A model generated the notes under the pieces. That model was not told where the DNA came from. It made no database searches and saw nothing but the letters and a program-made list of their open reading frames with translations. This document shows positions 26,885 to 41,800 of a stretch of 64,000 bases of DNA, in pieces; the stretch's first letter is position 1, and every line of letters starts with the position of its first letter. The position numbers were made by a program, and so were the translations under genes. Source of the stretch: Nemertoderma westbladi (taxonomy: Eukaryota; Animalia; Xenacoelomorpha); contig JAUCBJ010006289.1 of the NCBI GenBank assembly GCA_032718475.1, positions 1-64,000 of the forward strand, read 5' to 3'.

Positions 26885-29030
26885 GGGGGGGGGGGGGGGG
26901 GGGGGGGTTGACTAATTCCAAAAAAAATAGATTTTTCAATTTCAATCAGATTTAGATCTGAATTTTATGAGGATTTCAAAACATTAAACCGTTTGTAAAT
27001 AGGTAATGTAGTTCAAAAGTTGTAACCGATCATGTGAACCTTACTCTGAAAATGTCTGTAGATTTTTCCATTTTTTCCCGAACATTATCCATATTTTCAC
27101 TGTGATTATAACTGAGAATTAGTCATTTCTTTTGTATTTTTAATTAGGAGGGAAATTCAAATTACAAATGAAAGTAAAATTAAACCATAATTGTTATAAG
27201 CTATATAAGGACTGTACATCAGTAGGCTTACCAGTACTGTTTTCTGCAAGAAATGCTGATAAAGCATGATAAGCATGATAAACGAAAACGGGCTGGTTTT
27301 ATTGGAAAACGATTTAGAGAACGTTGTAAAAATATTTCTAAAAGAAAGAAAACCAACAGAGATATCAACCAATTTCCAGGTTTTACCTACACAAGGGAAT
27401 TTCGGTGGATATACATTTATGTCACAGCAAAGCCTTATTAATAGAGTGTCACAATAGTTGTCGTGCAACTGATGTCTGTTTCTCAAACATGTAGTGAATA
27501 TTCTACCACATGTCAAGCAGTTTGCAAATCTTGCAGCTGGACGAAAACTGTAAAGACTAGTTCGGAAGTGTCGCAGGAATGCAGTCCAGTTGTTTGAGTT
27601 CCACATTCTTCAGATATAAACCTCCGGTCCGTGTTGGCTTGGCTGTCTGTTGGGATAACTCAAGGGCGGGCAAAACGTTTCCGCTGGTAATGAGTTTGCC
27701 TTCACCAGTTGGTAAGCGACCATGGATGAAACATGTGAAAAATATTTCTGAGGTGCCTGTTGATATAGGATGTGCCAATGTTAGTAACTGTGCTATTATG
27801 GAGAAGAGTCGAAATATCACTGTTTCATTTGATGGAACTTGGATACGATGTGGGCATCAATATCTTTATGTGGCTGCTTTCATAATTTCTGAAGAAACTG
27901 GTTATGTTCTCGACATTGATGTTTGTTCTAAGTATTGTAATGTAAAGTAAAGTACAGTGTAAAGTAAAGTTCCAGAATACCATATACTGGAACTGTTGTT
28001 GAAAATACCGGTACTGACCAAACTTTGTTATCAGAAAATATGGAGCTATCCAGAGATTCGAGTGAATCTGATGTGATTGATACAGATGGTTGGTTCATCT
28101 GATAATACGAAGGACCATGACTGGAATAAACTTCCATGGAACCAGTGGTTCAATGGAACCGCATCTTGCAGTAAAACTTTTCCAACGATAAAAAATAATA
28201 ATTTGATATATTCTCAGGTAATCTCTGATGGTGATAGTAGTGTTGTAAACAGTGTCCAAGACTCTGATCAATATGCAGCCGAAAAAGTTACTATTGAAAA
28301 ACTGGAGTGTCTAAATCATGTTGCGAAACGAGTTTATGCAGAATTGACTAAGATTTGCAATGCCAATAAACTTGGTGGTAAAGGTGGGTTGACGCTCGTT
28401 AGATGCAAAAAGATGCAATCCTACTATCGCAATACTATAGTGAGCAACATAAAAGGAGTAAATCTTCAGGAAATATCTACTAATAAAAAATAAAATTAAT
28501 CTCAATGATACGAAAGGAAATAGCAGCCGTTCATCACTACTGTAACTATGATAAGTATGTTAAAAAAACAACATCATAACTGTCCCGCAGGAAAGTGGTG
28601 TAAATATAAAAACGGGAATAGCACATATAAGGCGCCTACTATGCTAAAACCATGTGACTTGAAATTTATACTCCCATGATATCAACAGCTTACAACAGAT
28701 GAGCTAATAACTCGCTGTATACCTGGGTCAACACAAAATAGAAATGAATCTCTTCATTCATGGCTCTGGACCGGATGTACAAAGGATAAATTCATCGGTT
28801 TGGATACACTCAAGTTCGATGTTGCCTACACAGTATTGGAACACAACCGCGGTTCATCAGCTGAACAATTAATTCTGAGGAAACTTGAACTTGAAGAAGA
28901 CACTGGTACCATGTCTTAACACATAGCTAAGAAGAATATAAAGATAATGTGGAAGAGTGGTGCTGCTAAACTATCTTCCAAAATTGGGGTGAAGGTGGAT
29001 AAATCTAATTATGAATTTGGAGGATTTTAA
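26885..29030 (+). mobile_element. Degenerate Kolobok-type ('Mutator-like transposase') DNA transposon
   Basis: Begins TTAA+GGGG; SFDGTW..GH, TGYVLD..SKYC, ISDGDSS, KLECLNHVAKR, RC..G-TQNRNES; ends YEFGGF*. Confidence 0.8.
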
Positions 29031-30049
29031 AATATTGTATTATATGATTATTTTTCTTCATGCAATATATAAACTATTATGATATATATTACAGAATATA
29101 TATCTTAATAAATACATATCTGTAATATAACATAATATGTAGTATTACAATTCGTGAATAAATTTATATTCCAGTATTAACTGGAAATTGTTGTCCAAGC
29201 TTTGTCCGGAATTCCAGTTACAGTGAGTTCAACCTTAGAGTTTGTGTGGTGCCATACCAAAAATAGATTTAACAGGGGGGGATTTGGGTTGCCTCTACTG
29301 TATAGTTTCACATTAAAGCGGAATAGGAAGCTTCACTCAACCTACCAATGAATGGGGTGGTCTGTGTTCGCATCAAAGAGGACAGTAGGTCGGAACCAAT
29401 TTATAGCGAAGCTTGGCCTGATAAAAATTATTGTAATTGGCAATGGTGGACCTGGACCGTACGTGAAAGCTTTGACCAAACACAAGATACAAAGGAATGA
29501 CCAATCCACCAACTCGATTAGACCATTGACTCGTGCGACTACATCTAGAAGTTATTGGGTCTTGGATTAACGATAACATATTGGATGATCTTACCGAAAT
29601 GGATATTCCCGGTGGAGAGACTTCTGAAAGTTCTGTTGGAACTAGCAGCACCAAATTATTATTGGTTACTAGGCCTACAAACTAACGCTTACTGAAATAC
29701 TTTAGAGATTTACCCTTTCACATATGATATCCAATTCATATTTAAAGGGATCCATATCTTCAAACTAAGTTTCTTAATTTTCAGTTTCTTTCCATCCGAT
29801 TTTATGGCTATAGTGTGTAGTGTGTACTATAAATAGAGAAAGATTGATATAATAACAATTACATAATAATTGTTGTTACTCATCTAATAATCACTCACCA
29901 TTTTTATTAAAACTTATACCCTTAGATGTTCTATGTACTGTACTCTGCTGTGTGTAGATAGCTAGATTCGGTTATAAAAGGTCACGGATTATACATTTTC
30001 ATCCTTATCACTTTCGGACACTCATTTAACTCTGCTGTTTCATTACATC

Positions 30050-33000
30050 CATGTCTCAGATTTCACTCTCTTCTGTGTCTCCTTCCTGTTGGGTATACTA
30101 TACAGACTTAGACAGACGGGATCACGCTTTTAGTTGCACACTGTGCAAAAATTATTTTCATTTCCAATATTATTTTCAAAACTTTTTGGATCTAAACGGA
30201 TTCTTGGACGCAAAACAATGTAATGAGTTATGGTCCTGATATTGCAGTAAAAATATTTTTCCATTATTAGTGGAGTATCAGACGCTGATGAAGATATTTT
30301 TGATAGTAACATAGGGGAATCAGTCTTTTGTGATTCAGACAATACAATTTTTGCCGATATAGACCCAGATTGTAATATAATTTATCCGTCTGTTGATGGT
30401 GGTTATTATGATTTATATTCTATTAATAATAAATTTCACAAAGAATCTATAACCAACGCAAGAGACATCAATTTTTCATTCAAATTGTAGGAGTCTTTCA
30501 AAAAAACTTTAGTGCAATAAATGAAATCTTATCTGGCGTTAATCACACATATACTTTATTAGCTTTTACTGAACTATTTTTAATAAATGACAGTAGCACA
30601 AATCTCCTAGGTTCCGAAAGTTATAATGCACCAGTAGTTGATTTTAAAATAATACAACATCGGGTAAAGAAGGGGCTGCGATTTACGTTAAAGATGGACT
30701 GGTTTATACTGAGAGAACAGACCTTAAGTTAAACGTTACAGGAGGAGTCGAAAGTGTATGGATGGATTGAGGTCCCAAAAATAAATTTATCATAATTTAA
30801 TTTGTCATAATCTAATTTATCAAATAAACTAATTGTTGGCTGTATTTATAGACCTGGTTCGGTAGATTACGAGACATTTGTCAGTGCACTTGAATCCAAA
30901 ATTGGCGACTTAAATAATGAGAAATGTGACGTTATTATATGTGGCGATATGAACATTGATCTCACTAACCAGACTGAATACATTAGGAAATATTTAAACA
31001 TGCTATCAGCTAGTGGCTATAAACAGCATATAAAAAACCGACACATATTTAAAAATTATAAAACACTAATAGACCATTTTAGAAACAATGTATACGATAG
31101 AGTAGTAGATAGTGGGACTTTTCTAACTGAGGTTGGTACAGCGGATCACTTCACTTACCAATCTTTGGAATTCTGAAAGATGTTGGCAATTACTTCACCA
31201 TAGAAAAAACGTTTTATTTTTAACTTTAGCGACTTTAATGAATTTCACTTTTTGCATGATTTAGCCAATCCGTGTATTTGGACATATAACACCCGTATAA
31301 CACCCATCCATATAACACCGCAACAATGTCCCCCAAAATCAAAAATGTGAGGTTTTTTTTATAGGGACTTACAAAAAATATGCAATGCTTAACCCTATTA
31401 GTACCGGGCTATAAAATGTTGCACAAATACTGGGATGGGTCATTTGACCCATCCCTCTAAAATCTACAAATTTTAACAAAAACGTTTGATTTTTTGTTTG
31501 TACATAGATCTCACTAGTCCAAATAAGACCGAAAAAAAAATTTCGAAAAAAAGTACTGGGGTAGTTATTTTGCTGCAGCAAAATTACAAGTAGTGAACAA
31601 TTTTCATAAAATTTGAAAGTTATAATTTTCGGCTAATTGTTTTTCACATATACAATACAGGTTCTCTCGGGCGCAAAATCCATTGGAAAGTGTTTAAAAA
31701 TGATCTGATTACTATAAATTGCTGTCTTAGTCCTCACTTAGGCAAAAAATTAAGGAAAAATCAAGTAACCAGCACTTTTCAGTTTGAACAGAAAATTTTT
31801 AATTCATTTTTAATGCTATAAATTCATATTTTTAGGTTTTCTGGGGCGCAGATTCTAATGAAATACATTTCTAATTTGCATTTGCCAGATCATTGCTAAT
31901 TGTATTTTTCGGTGTAATACGGCAAATTTTGGTGCTAGCACAAATTTCGTACCCATCACCAAAAAGTATAAGTTTGATATGTCCAGTGCGGTTTTTATTG
32001 ATTCCATCGGATTCAGGACCCCTATAAACCGGTATAAGGCAAAAAAAAAGATGATACTATCGATTGATCAATTTGCTTATTTTCAAAAATTTGTTACTGT
32101 GACAACAATTTTACCCAAATTTTGCACCCACTTCCGAAAAATACAAGTTTGAGATGTCTAGTGTTGAATAGATTTTCAAAATTTCGTGTTAGCACCAAAT
32201 TTTGCACACCGCGCTAAAAAATACAAGTTTGATACTCCTGGTGCAACTCGTATATATTCCATCGAAATCAGAGCCCCAAAAAACCCTATTGCTAAAAACA
32301 GGTTCAAACAATCAATTTACACATTTGACATATTTCACATAATTGAAAATTGCCACCCACCGAAAAAAACAAGTTTGAAATTTGTAAATTTTTTAGATGA
32401 ATTCCATCTAATTGCAAACACCAAAAAACCGATGTAAATCAAAAATAGAGATGATACAAATCATATTTAATGAAATGTAATTTTCAAAAAACGCCTCAAA
32501 AAAATTGCCAAAAGTAGGGTTAAAAATTCCCAATATTTTTGAAAACTGTTTTCAATATTAGGAAGACAATAGATTTTTAGGAAAAGTCACAAAATTTCAG
32601 ATTCCCCACTGCGTTTCTTTCAGAGTTATAACAAAAAAACCACGGGGTGGGGGTCATATTGACCGCCCCCAACCCCCCACCCACGGGGGGTTAATAAGGT
32701 TAATGCACATGTGAAATTGAAAGAATTCACCATTAATTCAAAACCCAAAATCAAATATCAAAAAACCAAAAATTCAAAAGGGAAGCAGAGTGTCAATATT
32801 AAGATAATGCGTTTGCCACTTGTGGCAACGAACATGTGAAGGACCTGTAAAATTATTATTATGGCAATAGCTAAAAATAAATCACGAAATTCCCCCAAGT
32901 GTATGTATGCGTCTTACTGAAAATAACAATAAAGTGATCACTGATAACCCTGGAACAATTGCATACAGATTTAACAATTTTTTTTCTACAATCGCTCCAA

Positions 33001-35143
33001 ATTTTGTTTCAAAGCTGCCACCGTGTAAAAAATGTCCTGTAAAGTTAATTAAGAGTATTAAATCACCAGTTGAATCCTTTGCTTTAATTGAAACATCTCC
33101 AGTTGAAGTCGAGTATCATTTGCGGCAATTACATGAGTCTATTATATCCACAAATGATACTTTTCCTCCAAATCTTGTAAAATTAGGGGCCAATTTATAA
33201 TATAATTTTACTTATGTGACTTAATTAATCAGACGTGGTGGTCTGGTAAGTTCCCGGATTATCTTAAGCAGGCCAGGGTAACACCAATTTACAAAGCTGA
33301 TGGCCCTTTGGAGCCGAGCAATTTCCATCTGATATCTGTCCTTCCGATCTTTAGTAAGATTTATGAGAAAATACTTCATGGCCAGCTAGCCTCTTTTACT
33401 TCGCAAAATAATATTTTTACTAATCATCAATTTGGTTTTAGAAAAAACATGAGTACTTTTCATGCGTTACTAACAGTAACAGATCAAATTAGTGATGCCA
33501 TCATCGACAACGGTGAGTCAGTCTGAGCTGTACATATGGATATAAGTAAGTATTAGGATATGGTATTTGATAGGATTGACCATGGCGCGCCATGGTCGTT
33601 CTGTTGGATAAATTACATTTAAATGGTGTAAGAGGTAAACCTCTTGACCTCATAAAAGATTATTTAACTAACGGAACTCTAACTCGGAACGGAACTAACG
33701 GATTTAAATTGGACATTGTTACTATAACATCAGGGGTACCCCGAGGTAGCTTTGCTAGGCCCTTTATTGTTTTTGCTTTATGTTAATGACCTACCATATG
33801 TTACGAAAATGGGGTCAACATTATTTGCTGATGACACTAGTTTTATTGCCCGACATAAGGTTCCCGATATTATTTTCAATGAAACAAATTATGAATTATC
33901 TAAGATCCAAGAATGGTTGTACTAACAAATTAACACTAAATGTAGAAAAAAACTGAATATATCAATTTTTCAAATCGCAGCTCCCCAAATTATATTCATG
34001 TAGGAAACAGCCAGCTTAACAAGGTTAAAAAAATAAAGTATTTAAGGATTATAATAGATGAAAAAATGTCATGGAAAGCGCCTAGTGAAATAAAATTTCA
34101 AAGTTGTCTGGAATTTTTTATAAACTAACTATTATAAAGTTGCTGTACTACTCTTTAATTAATCCTTAAATACAATATTGCCTGATAGTCTGGGGACGCG
34201 CACGAAAAAGTCATATAAAGAAAGTCCAGGTTAAAGTACATAAAATACTCTGGTGTATTACATATACTGATAAAGAGAGTCATTCTTTCCTGATTTATAA
34301 GAAATTAAATATTCTACCCACACTGCATCTTTACCGACTTCAATTAGGAATGTTTATGCACTCTGTATTTTACAAATACGATAGGACAGAACTTTTTGCC
34401 ACTATTTTTTATATACATGTCTATGTTTTTTCTGGCCGATCGTGTCCCATAATGGGACACAATCGGCCAGAAAAAAACATTTTTTGTGGCACAGAAAAAT
34501 ATGTTTGTCAGACAGGCATCACTGGCATATATAGCAGTGGCATTCTATGGAACAAACTACCTCAAAATATAGTTGAAATAAAGTGAAAAACCGTATTTAA
34601 ACGCAAATTGCAAGATAAATTATTTAGGCATGAAAATCCAATTTACCTTGCTGTTTAAAATGAGTTTTCACGTTACAAACATTTATATTTTTATAACTAT
34701 TTATATATATACATAAGGTTCATTCTACAAGAAAAATATTTTGACAAAATTTGGCTAATTTTTTGTAGAATGAACCATATATAGATAAATATAAAATATA
34801 CAGATATATTGTCTTAAATATGTAGGTTCCCTTATCTTTATTAGTGTTTGGACAGTCTCGGATAGCAGCAAACTGGCAGGGCGGGGGTATGGTGGGGGTT
34901 GGTTTCTATCATTAATGTAGTGGGATAACATTGTTTCCGACAGGGTGGATGAATCACTTCACTTCATAACATCACCTTCAACATCACCACCACTGTACTC
35001 GCATGCGAATTGGTGGCGTCCTGCGATATCACTTCATACATAATAAATTCGTACATAATAAAACTGATAATATTTTAATGTTTAATTTCATCTGTATGCA
35101 ATGCAGAAGTGATTGCAAATAAATAAATGATTGAATTGAATTG
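30050..35143 (+). mobile_element. Degenerate CR1/L2-group LINE (APE endonuclease + RT), interrupted
   Basis: APE remnants (IYRP, CGDMNID, TLIDH, ADH); RT remnants (ISVLP-FSK-YEK, QFGFR, GVP-GS, YVNDLP, LFADDT); AATAAA followed by a (TTGAA)n tail at ~35120-35143. Confidence 0.85.
31393..32699. mobile_element. piggyBac-like non-autonomous element nested in the LINE
   Basis: TTAA|CCCTATTA...TAATAAGG|TTAA; subterminal GGGTCA..TGACC motif at both ends. Confidence 0.75.
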
Positions 35144-35329
35144 TGCCATTAAGTCTTACATACTGTATTATACTGTTTGTACCTTGGCCTACAAATCTCT
35201 GATTTTGTTGTTGGTACTGTGCAATCAATATTTTACTTACATAATATTTTATTATAATTTTACTAACCTTCTACAAGTTCATCTTATCTTATTACTTAGT
35301 TGAAACTTTTTGTACTTTACTGTTATATT

Positions 35330-35368
35330 TGGCTGAAGATGATTTATGTATTAAATCGAAACGTTCCA
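35330..35368 (+). ncRNA. Minimal (Penelope-type) hammerhead ribozyme motif in a solo pLTR-like remnant
   Basis: TGG-CTGAAGA-T-GATTTA-TGTAT-TAAATC-GAAA-CGTT-CCA; context resembles 23340-23450. Confidence 0.65.
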
Positions 35369-36329
35369 CTTATTTAATAATGGCATTTCTTCAATTCGCG
35401 CTTGTAATATTAATTTTTACTATGATTAAGAATTGTAATCATTGGTCATTGGGTGAAATATGATAGTTGTTTAGAAATTGGAATGCCATGGAATAGCCAT
35501 ACAACTCGATCAGAGTTAAAGTCAGTTATTGCATGCATAGGCCCTACCAGTGTCATTATGTCATATGTTACAGTTACACTGCTACCCATTATAGAATTCC
35601 ATTATATACACATTATCAACTTTTTATCTACGCATTATCTAAGGTATTAGCTACTGCCCTACAAGAAAGCTTGTCAGAAGTGTGTGTAGGGTCACTATGC
35701 ACTACAGGTTTAAATGTCCTCTTATGCACATTAGACATAACCTAATACCAAAACGAACGACAATGTAATTATGTGATAGGCATAGTGTTTGAGGGTTACT
35801 GTGTGGATTACTGGATTACGGATTTGACAATTCAGTACAGTATCACAGCTGCTGCTTCTTTGAACTTCGCTGAAGGACAATCAAGGTGGGCTCAGAGCGT
35901 GGACTATCAATAGATTACACAGATTATTATTATAGACACATAGATGATTATATTCGTTATATAGTAGTCAGCGGTACTTAACAACCGACGTAAAAATCAT
36001 CTAAGTTCATAATGTTGGCATGGGAAGTTTTTGTATGTTGCTCAACCATTGTGCAATCACCGCCCACAATAGTGAATTATAATATAATACCGGTTCGATA
36101 TATTATATTATAATATACTACCGGTTCGTCCAGAGGTTTATGAAATGAAATAAAATGAAAATACAATTTCAAAGTCTAATGTATATACTGTATACAGGGG
36201 TAGGTTGCTGGACTGCAGCAATATGCTAGATTATGCTAGATGCTGCTATGATTATGCTCGATTATGCTAGATTGACTTGCCTAAATATACGAATGAGACT
36301 CTCATTATACTACATACTAACTTAGACAT

Positions 36330-36720
36330 TAAGATGGCGAAGAGAAATAGAAAGCCAGCATGGAATGACAAAGAACGAGCCTGTCTAGTGGAATGCGTTA
36401 GAACACCCACGCGTCAATAAATAATATAATAAAAGTAAAAAGTTGAATTAATAAATAAATATGAATTATGTATTAATTAATCATATCTCTTAAAATCTTC
36501 GCGAATGATATTTGAAATGTCTATAATAGCTGATTTATCAAACCGAAACCTTTGGATAAGTTCTTTGTCACTGAAAACCTCAAATGGGTTGTCTTTACTT
36601 CTTAATACGCGCTCACAATTTAACTGCATTTGCGTTATGTTGTCAAGCATCAACATCAAATGCACTGACATAATAAAAAATAAACTTGCATGTGTAAGAT
36701 ACCGAAATAAAAACATTAAA
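36330..36720. mobile_element. Internally deleted Harbinger/PIF relic
   Basis: + strand Myb/SANT-like start MAKRNRKPAWNDKE..LVE at 36333; - strand HARBI1-like N-terminus NPFE-FSD-EL..RFRF; convergent orientation. Confidence 0.65.
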
Positions 36721-38689
36721 TAATACGAAATAATATATTTCTAGAATCTAATTAGGGTAATATATCGCCATGGAGTCAACCCTCTACGTTTTTTGGACTT
36801 CGTAGCTTTAAGTCACTTTTAATGATCATTATAACTTCTAATATTGGTTCTAGTATAGTGTGTCACTATGCACTACAGCTTTAAGCGGCCTCTTTATGCA
36901 TTCCACTTAAAATATGTAATTAAAATTAAATTAACTAAATAAAATTTAAATAACTAATTAAAATTAAAATAACTACTTAAAATTAAAATAACTAATTAAA
37001 ATGTAAAATAACTAATTAAAATTAAAATAACGAATAAATATCATAATGCTAATACTGTAATTATGGGATAGTGGGATAATTTGATTTGATGACATTTGGT
37101 AGCCTACTGTTGTACTGTATCCAGTATCACACAGCTGCTGCTACGCTTAACGACCAATGTGGACATCCTCTAAGTTCATCATGCTGGTGTGGAAAGTTAT
37201 GGTATGTTGCGCAGCCATTGTGCAGTCACCACCAACAATAGTGGATTGTGCAATACCCACTACTCCCACAAATACGGCAGTCGCTGTTCAGCTAAGGTGT
37301 CAGGGCCTGGAATCAGTGGAATTCCCATGTTGACTTTCATGTAACTCTTTACTTTGGACCAAATGGTCTCGAAGGGTTAACCCTATTACCACTGGGGGGG
37401 GGGGGGTGGGGGGGGGGGCGAATCGGCCCCCCTTAGTTTTTAATTGCTGTATCTATTCTATATATTTAATTGCTGTAATCTATCTATGCAACCACAGTAT
37501 GTACCTGCCCAATTTTTTAAGAATATTAGCCAAATTTAATGGCACATCTTTTGAAAAAAAAACGGCGTTGCTATTGGATTTCTACTTTTCGATGTGGGTG
37601 CCTATGGCATACATATGGTATTTTTATTCTTGATTAATTATGTCGGTCTTGAATTTATTTACATCGGCCTTGAACTTATTTATGTCCCTCTTGATTTATT
37701 TATATGTTGGTCTTGATTTATTAATGTCGATTTTGAATATATTATTGACGCACTTGATTTATTTATGGCGGCGCTCTTGAATTATTTATATCGGTCTTGA
37801 TTCCCATTTACTTGGTCTTGATTCATTGGTCGAAGGAATTTCTACCATTATAATCAACCAATCAGAATCAGCTACACAGTATTTGAATTAATCACCTGAG
37901 TACAAAGGACTATGCTAACCAGTACTGATAGCCCATTGTCAGTGAATTCTTCTTTGTTTTGTATTTGGGTTAGGCCTACTGGGTTTATTAGATTTGTTAT
38001 TAGGTCATTAGTATTAGGTACCATTGTTGCGTCGTTTGTGACTTGTGTTTATAATAACCCTACCAGACCTATAGTTTATTTAGTTTTTTTAGATATTTTT
38101 TGGTTATTATAGTCCTTTATTAACTTGTCAACAACAGCCAAAATGTCCCTCAAAAATTCCTCTTCCATCCTCTTTCATACCGGTACTCAGTTACTTACTT
38201 ACTACATATACTGCCTTACTGTTATAGTTAGTAGGCCTGAGGCACTTAATTGTAAGGCAAGGACTGCTCTACTATAGGTCTGGTAGGGTTATTATAAACA
38301 CAAGTCACAAACGGCACAACAATGGTACCTAATACTAATGACCTAATAACAAATCCAATAAACCCAGTAGGCCTAACCCAAATACAAAACAATGAAGAAT
38401 TTACTGACAATGGGCTAGCAGTACTGGTTAGCATAGTCCTTTGTACTCAGGTGATTAATTCAAATCGTTACCGGTACCATGCACTGCATACATTAGTGTA
38501 GTGTATTCTCACTGCACTACTGTGTAGCTGATTCTGATTGGTTGATTATAATGGTAGAAATTCCTTTGAACAATGAATGAAGACCAAGTAAATGGGAATC
38601 AAGACCGATATAAATAATTCAAGAGTGCTGCCATAAATAAATCAAGTGCGACAATAATAATTCAAGGGCGAGATAATTAATTAAAGGGC

Positions 38690-38804
38690 TGTAGTGAGCG
38701 CGATTCTCGCATTAGCGCGACTCACATCATTTCAAAGTAATATATTACAGTCAGGAACATGTACTATGTTGACACCAGGAGGTTCGATATCTGTTACCGC
38801 TACA
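38690..38804 (-). repeat. 3' LTR (115 bp)
   Basis: Identical to 42749-42863; preceded on the minus strand by PPT GGGGGGAGTAG. Confidence 0.95.
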
Positions 38805-38825
38805 CTACTCCCCCCAGAACCGTGA

Positions 38826-41800
38826 TTAAAAAAAATACTTCGGCTGTCGGATTTCCCGCCCACTTCGAGTAGTTACGGGGAGTTCGGACGGAGTTTCCGC
38901 TAGGTGGGGTGAGGGAGTAGAAGGTTCAGCCGGGGTGGTACTGGCAGTGGATGGTCGACCACGGCGTGGCGGGACGGCCACTGCAACGGGCTGGTCGATC
39001 GCGAGGTGAGCCGGTTTTAGTCTGTCGACGGATATAGTTTCGCGCCGACCACCCACCTCGACGATGAATGTTTTGGGCCCCCGTTCCGCTACTTTATACG
39101 GCCCAGTGTAGGGCCGCTGTAAGGGGCCGCAGTGTGCATCAGTACGCACAAAGACATACTCGCTTGTACTGAGCTGAGGAGGCACAGATGAGCCGGGTTT
39201 CCCGTGTCGCGAAGTTGGTGTCGGCACGAACTGCCTCGCGTGTTTGTGGAGGTCCTGAAGGAAGGCTGTGGATTCCGGTGGATTGGTTGGCGAGGCGACG
39301 AAGTCACCGGGCACCGTTAGTGGTGAGCCGTACACCAACTCAGCCGAGGAGCAGTTCAGGTCTTCCTTTGGGGCGGTCCGGTTGCCGAGAAGGGCCCAGG
39401 GCAGTTCATCCACCCAGTTGGGGCCGGTTAGTCGGGCCCTCAGGGACGCCTTGAGGGAGCGGTGGAACCGTTCCACCAGACCGTTTGCCTGCGGATGGTA
39501 CGACATGGTCCGGTGGAGTTTCGTCCCGAGGAGGCGGTTGACTTCGGACCACAACTCCGAGGTGAACTGGGCGCCACGGTCAGAGGAGAGTTCGGCCGGG
39601 ACGCCGAACCGGGCGATCCAGTGGGCGACGAGAGCGCGGGCGCAGGTCTCGGTTGTTGAGTCGGCGAGCGGAATGGCCTCGGGCCAGCGCGTCGTCCGGT
39701 CGACGATGGTGAAGAGGTAGGTGAACCCTTGGGATGGAGGGAGGGGACCTACCAGGTCGACGTTAACGTGGTCGAAGCGACGACGTGGGACAGTGAAGGT
39801 CTCCAGTGGAGCCTTCGTATGGCGCTGAACCTTGGAGGTCTGGCAGGCGACGCAGGCCTTGGCCCAGGCAGTTACCTGTTTGGCGAGGCCGTGCCAGACA
39901 AAGCGCTCCGAGATGAGCTTCCGAGTTGAGCGGATGGACGGATGGGACAGGGAGTGGACTACGTCGAACACGCGACGGCGCCATGAACTCGGGACGAGCG
40001 GCCGGGGTTGGCCAGTCGAGACGTCGCAGAGAAGCGTGACGTCCTTCTCCATGAACGTGACGTCACGCAGGTCAAGGCTACCTGGGTTCCTCCGGAGGGT
40101 CTGGAGTTCGTTGTCCTCCCGCTGGGCAGCCGCCATGGCGGTATAGTCGACCCCGAGTTGGGTCGACAGGTGGCCCACGAAGCTGCGGGAGAGGGCGTCC
40201 GCCACCTGGTTGTCCTTCCCGTCAACATGACGTACATTGGTGGTGAACTCAGATATGTACGCCAGGTGGCGCTGTTGACGGGGAGACCAGGGGTCAGTGA
40301 CCTTGGCGAATGCGTGGGTCAGCGGTTTGTGGTCCGTATAGGCCACAAACGGACGGCCCTCTAGGAAATACCGGAAGTGGCGGACCGCGAGGTACAGGCC
40401 GAGGAGTTCGCGGTCGTAGGCGCTGTACTTCCGTTCCGGAGGGCGGAGTTGGCGGCTGAAGAAGGCGAGCGGCCGCCACTTCCCATCGGACCACTGCTCG
40501 AGGGCCGCGCCGACTGCGGAGTCGGAGGCGTCGGTGGTGATGGAGGTTGGGGTGTCGTGGCGGGGGTGGACGAGCATGGTGGCGTCCGCGAGGGCCCGCT
40601 TGGAGGACTCGAACGCAGCGTTGAGTTTGGGAGTCCAGTCGACGTCCTTAACCTTGGTGGCGACGGTGGCATAAAGGGGCTGCATGGTGGCAGCAGCTGC
40701 GGGAATAAATCGGTGGTAAAACGTTACCATACCGATAAATTCCCGCAACCCTTTAGTGGTGGTTGGACGAGGGAAGGAGCGGACGGCTTCCACCTTGTCC
40801 GGGAGCGGATGGACTCCGGACTCGTTGACGATGTGTCCGAGGAACTGGATCTCCGCCACCCCGAACTCGCACTTCGCCAGGTTGACGACGAGGCCGTTGT
40901 CCTGGAGTCGTTGGAAGAGTTGGCGGAGGTGTACGAGGTATTCCTCGGGGGTCGCGCTTGCGATGAGAATGTCGTCCAGGTACGCGAAGAGGAAGTCCAA
41001 CCCAGCACAGACGGAGTCCATCAGGCGTTGGAAGGCCTGGGCGGCGTTCTTGAGGCCGAACGGCATCCGGACAAATTCGAAGAGTCCGAACGGAGTGATA
41101 ACGGCGGTCTTGGGAACGTCGCCGGGGGCCACGGGGATTTGGTGGTAGCCCCGCACCAGGTCGACCTTAGAGAAGATCGTGGCCCCGGCGAGACGCGCCG
41201 AGAAGTCCTGGATGTGCAGGACTGGGTAGCGATCGGGGGTCGTGGCGTCGTTGAGGAGACGGTAGTCCCCGCAGGGGCGCCAACCCCCGGCCGGCTTGGG
41301 CACCATATGGAGGGGAGACGACCAGGGACTATTCGAACGGCGAATAATCCCCATCTCCTCCATCTTGCTGAACTCCGCCCGCGCGATCTCGAGTTTATCC
41401 GGCGGGAGTCGTCGAGCGCGGGCGTGGATGGGGCGACCGGCGGTCGGGATGTAATGCTCCACGCCGTGGCGAGTAGACGAGTCCGAGAAGGTCGGCGTCG
41501 TGATGGAGGAGAACTCCGCCAGGAGGTCGGCGTAGACTCGATCTACGGCTGTCGACGCGAGTTGAGGGTGGGTTCCTGGGATGGTGGAGGAGGAGCAACG
41601 GAGGGGGATCGGCTGGAAGGTTTCCATGTCGATGAGTTGCTGCCCCTTGACGTCCACCATCAGGGCGTGGTCGCAGAGGAAGTCCGCCCCTAGCAACGGC
41701 TGGGGGACGTCCGCGATCACGAAGTCCCAGTTGAACTGGCGGCCGTTGAAACGCAGAGGAACTCCGCGGGTTCCGTAGGAACGGATCGGTGATCCGTTGA

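Noticed and set aside
35840-37260. Diverged direct repeats (35840-36080 vs 37110-37250) as duplicated exons
   Set aside because: No convincing open frame or splice sites found; treated as an unclassified repeat.
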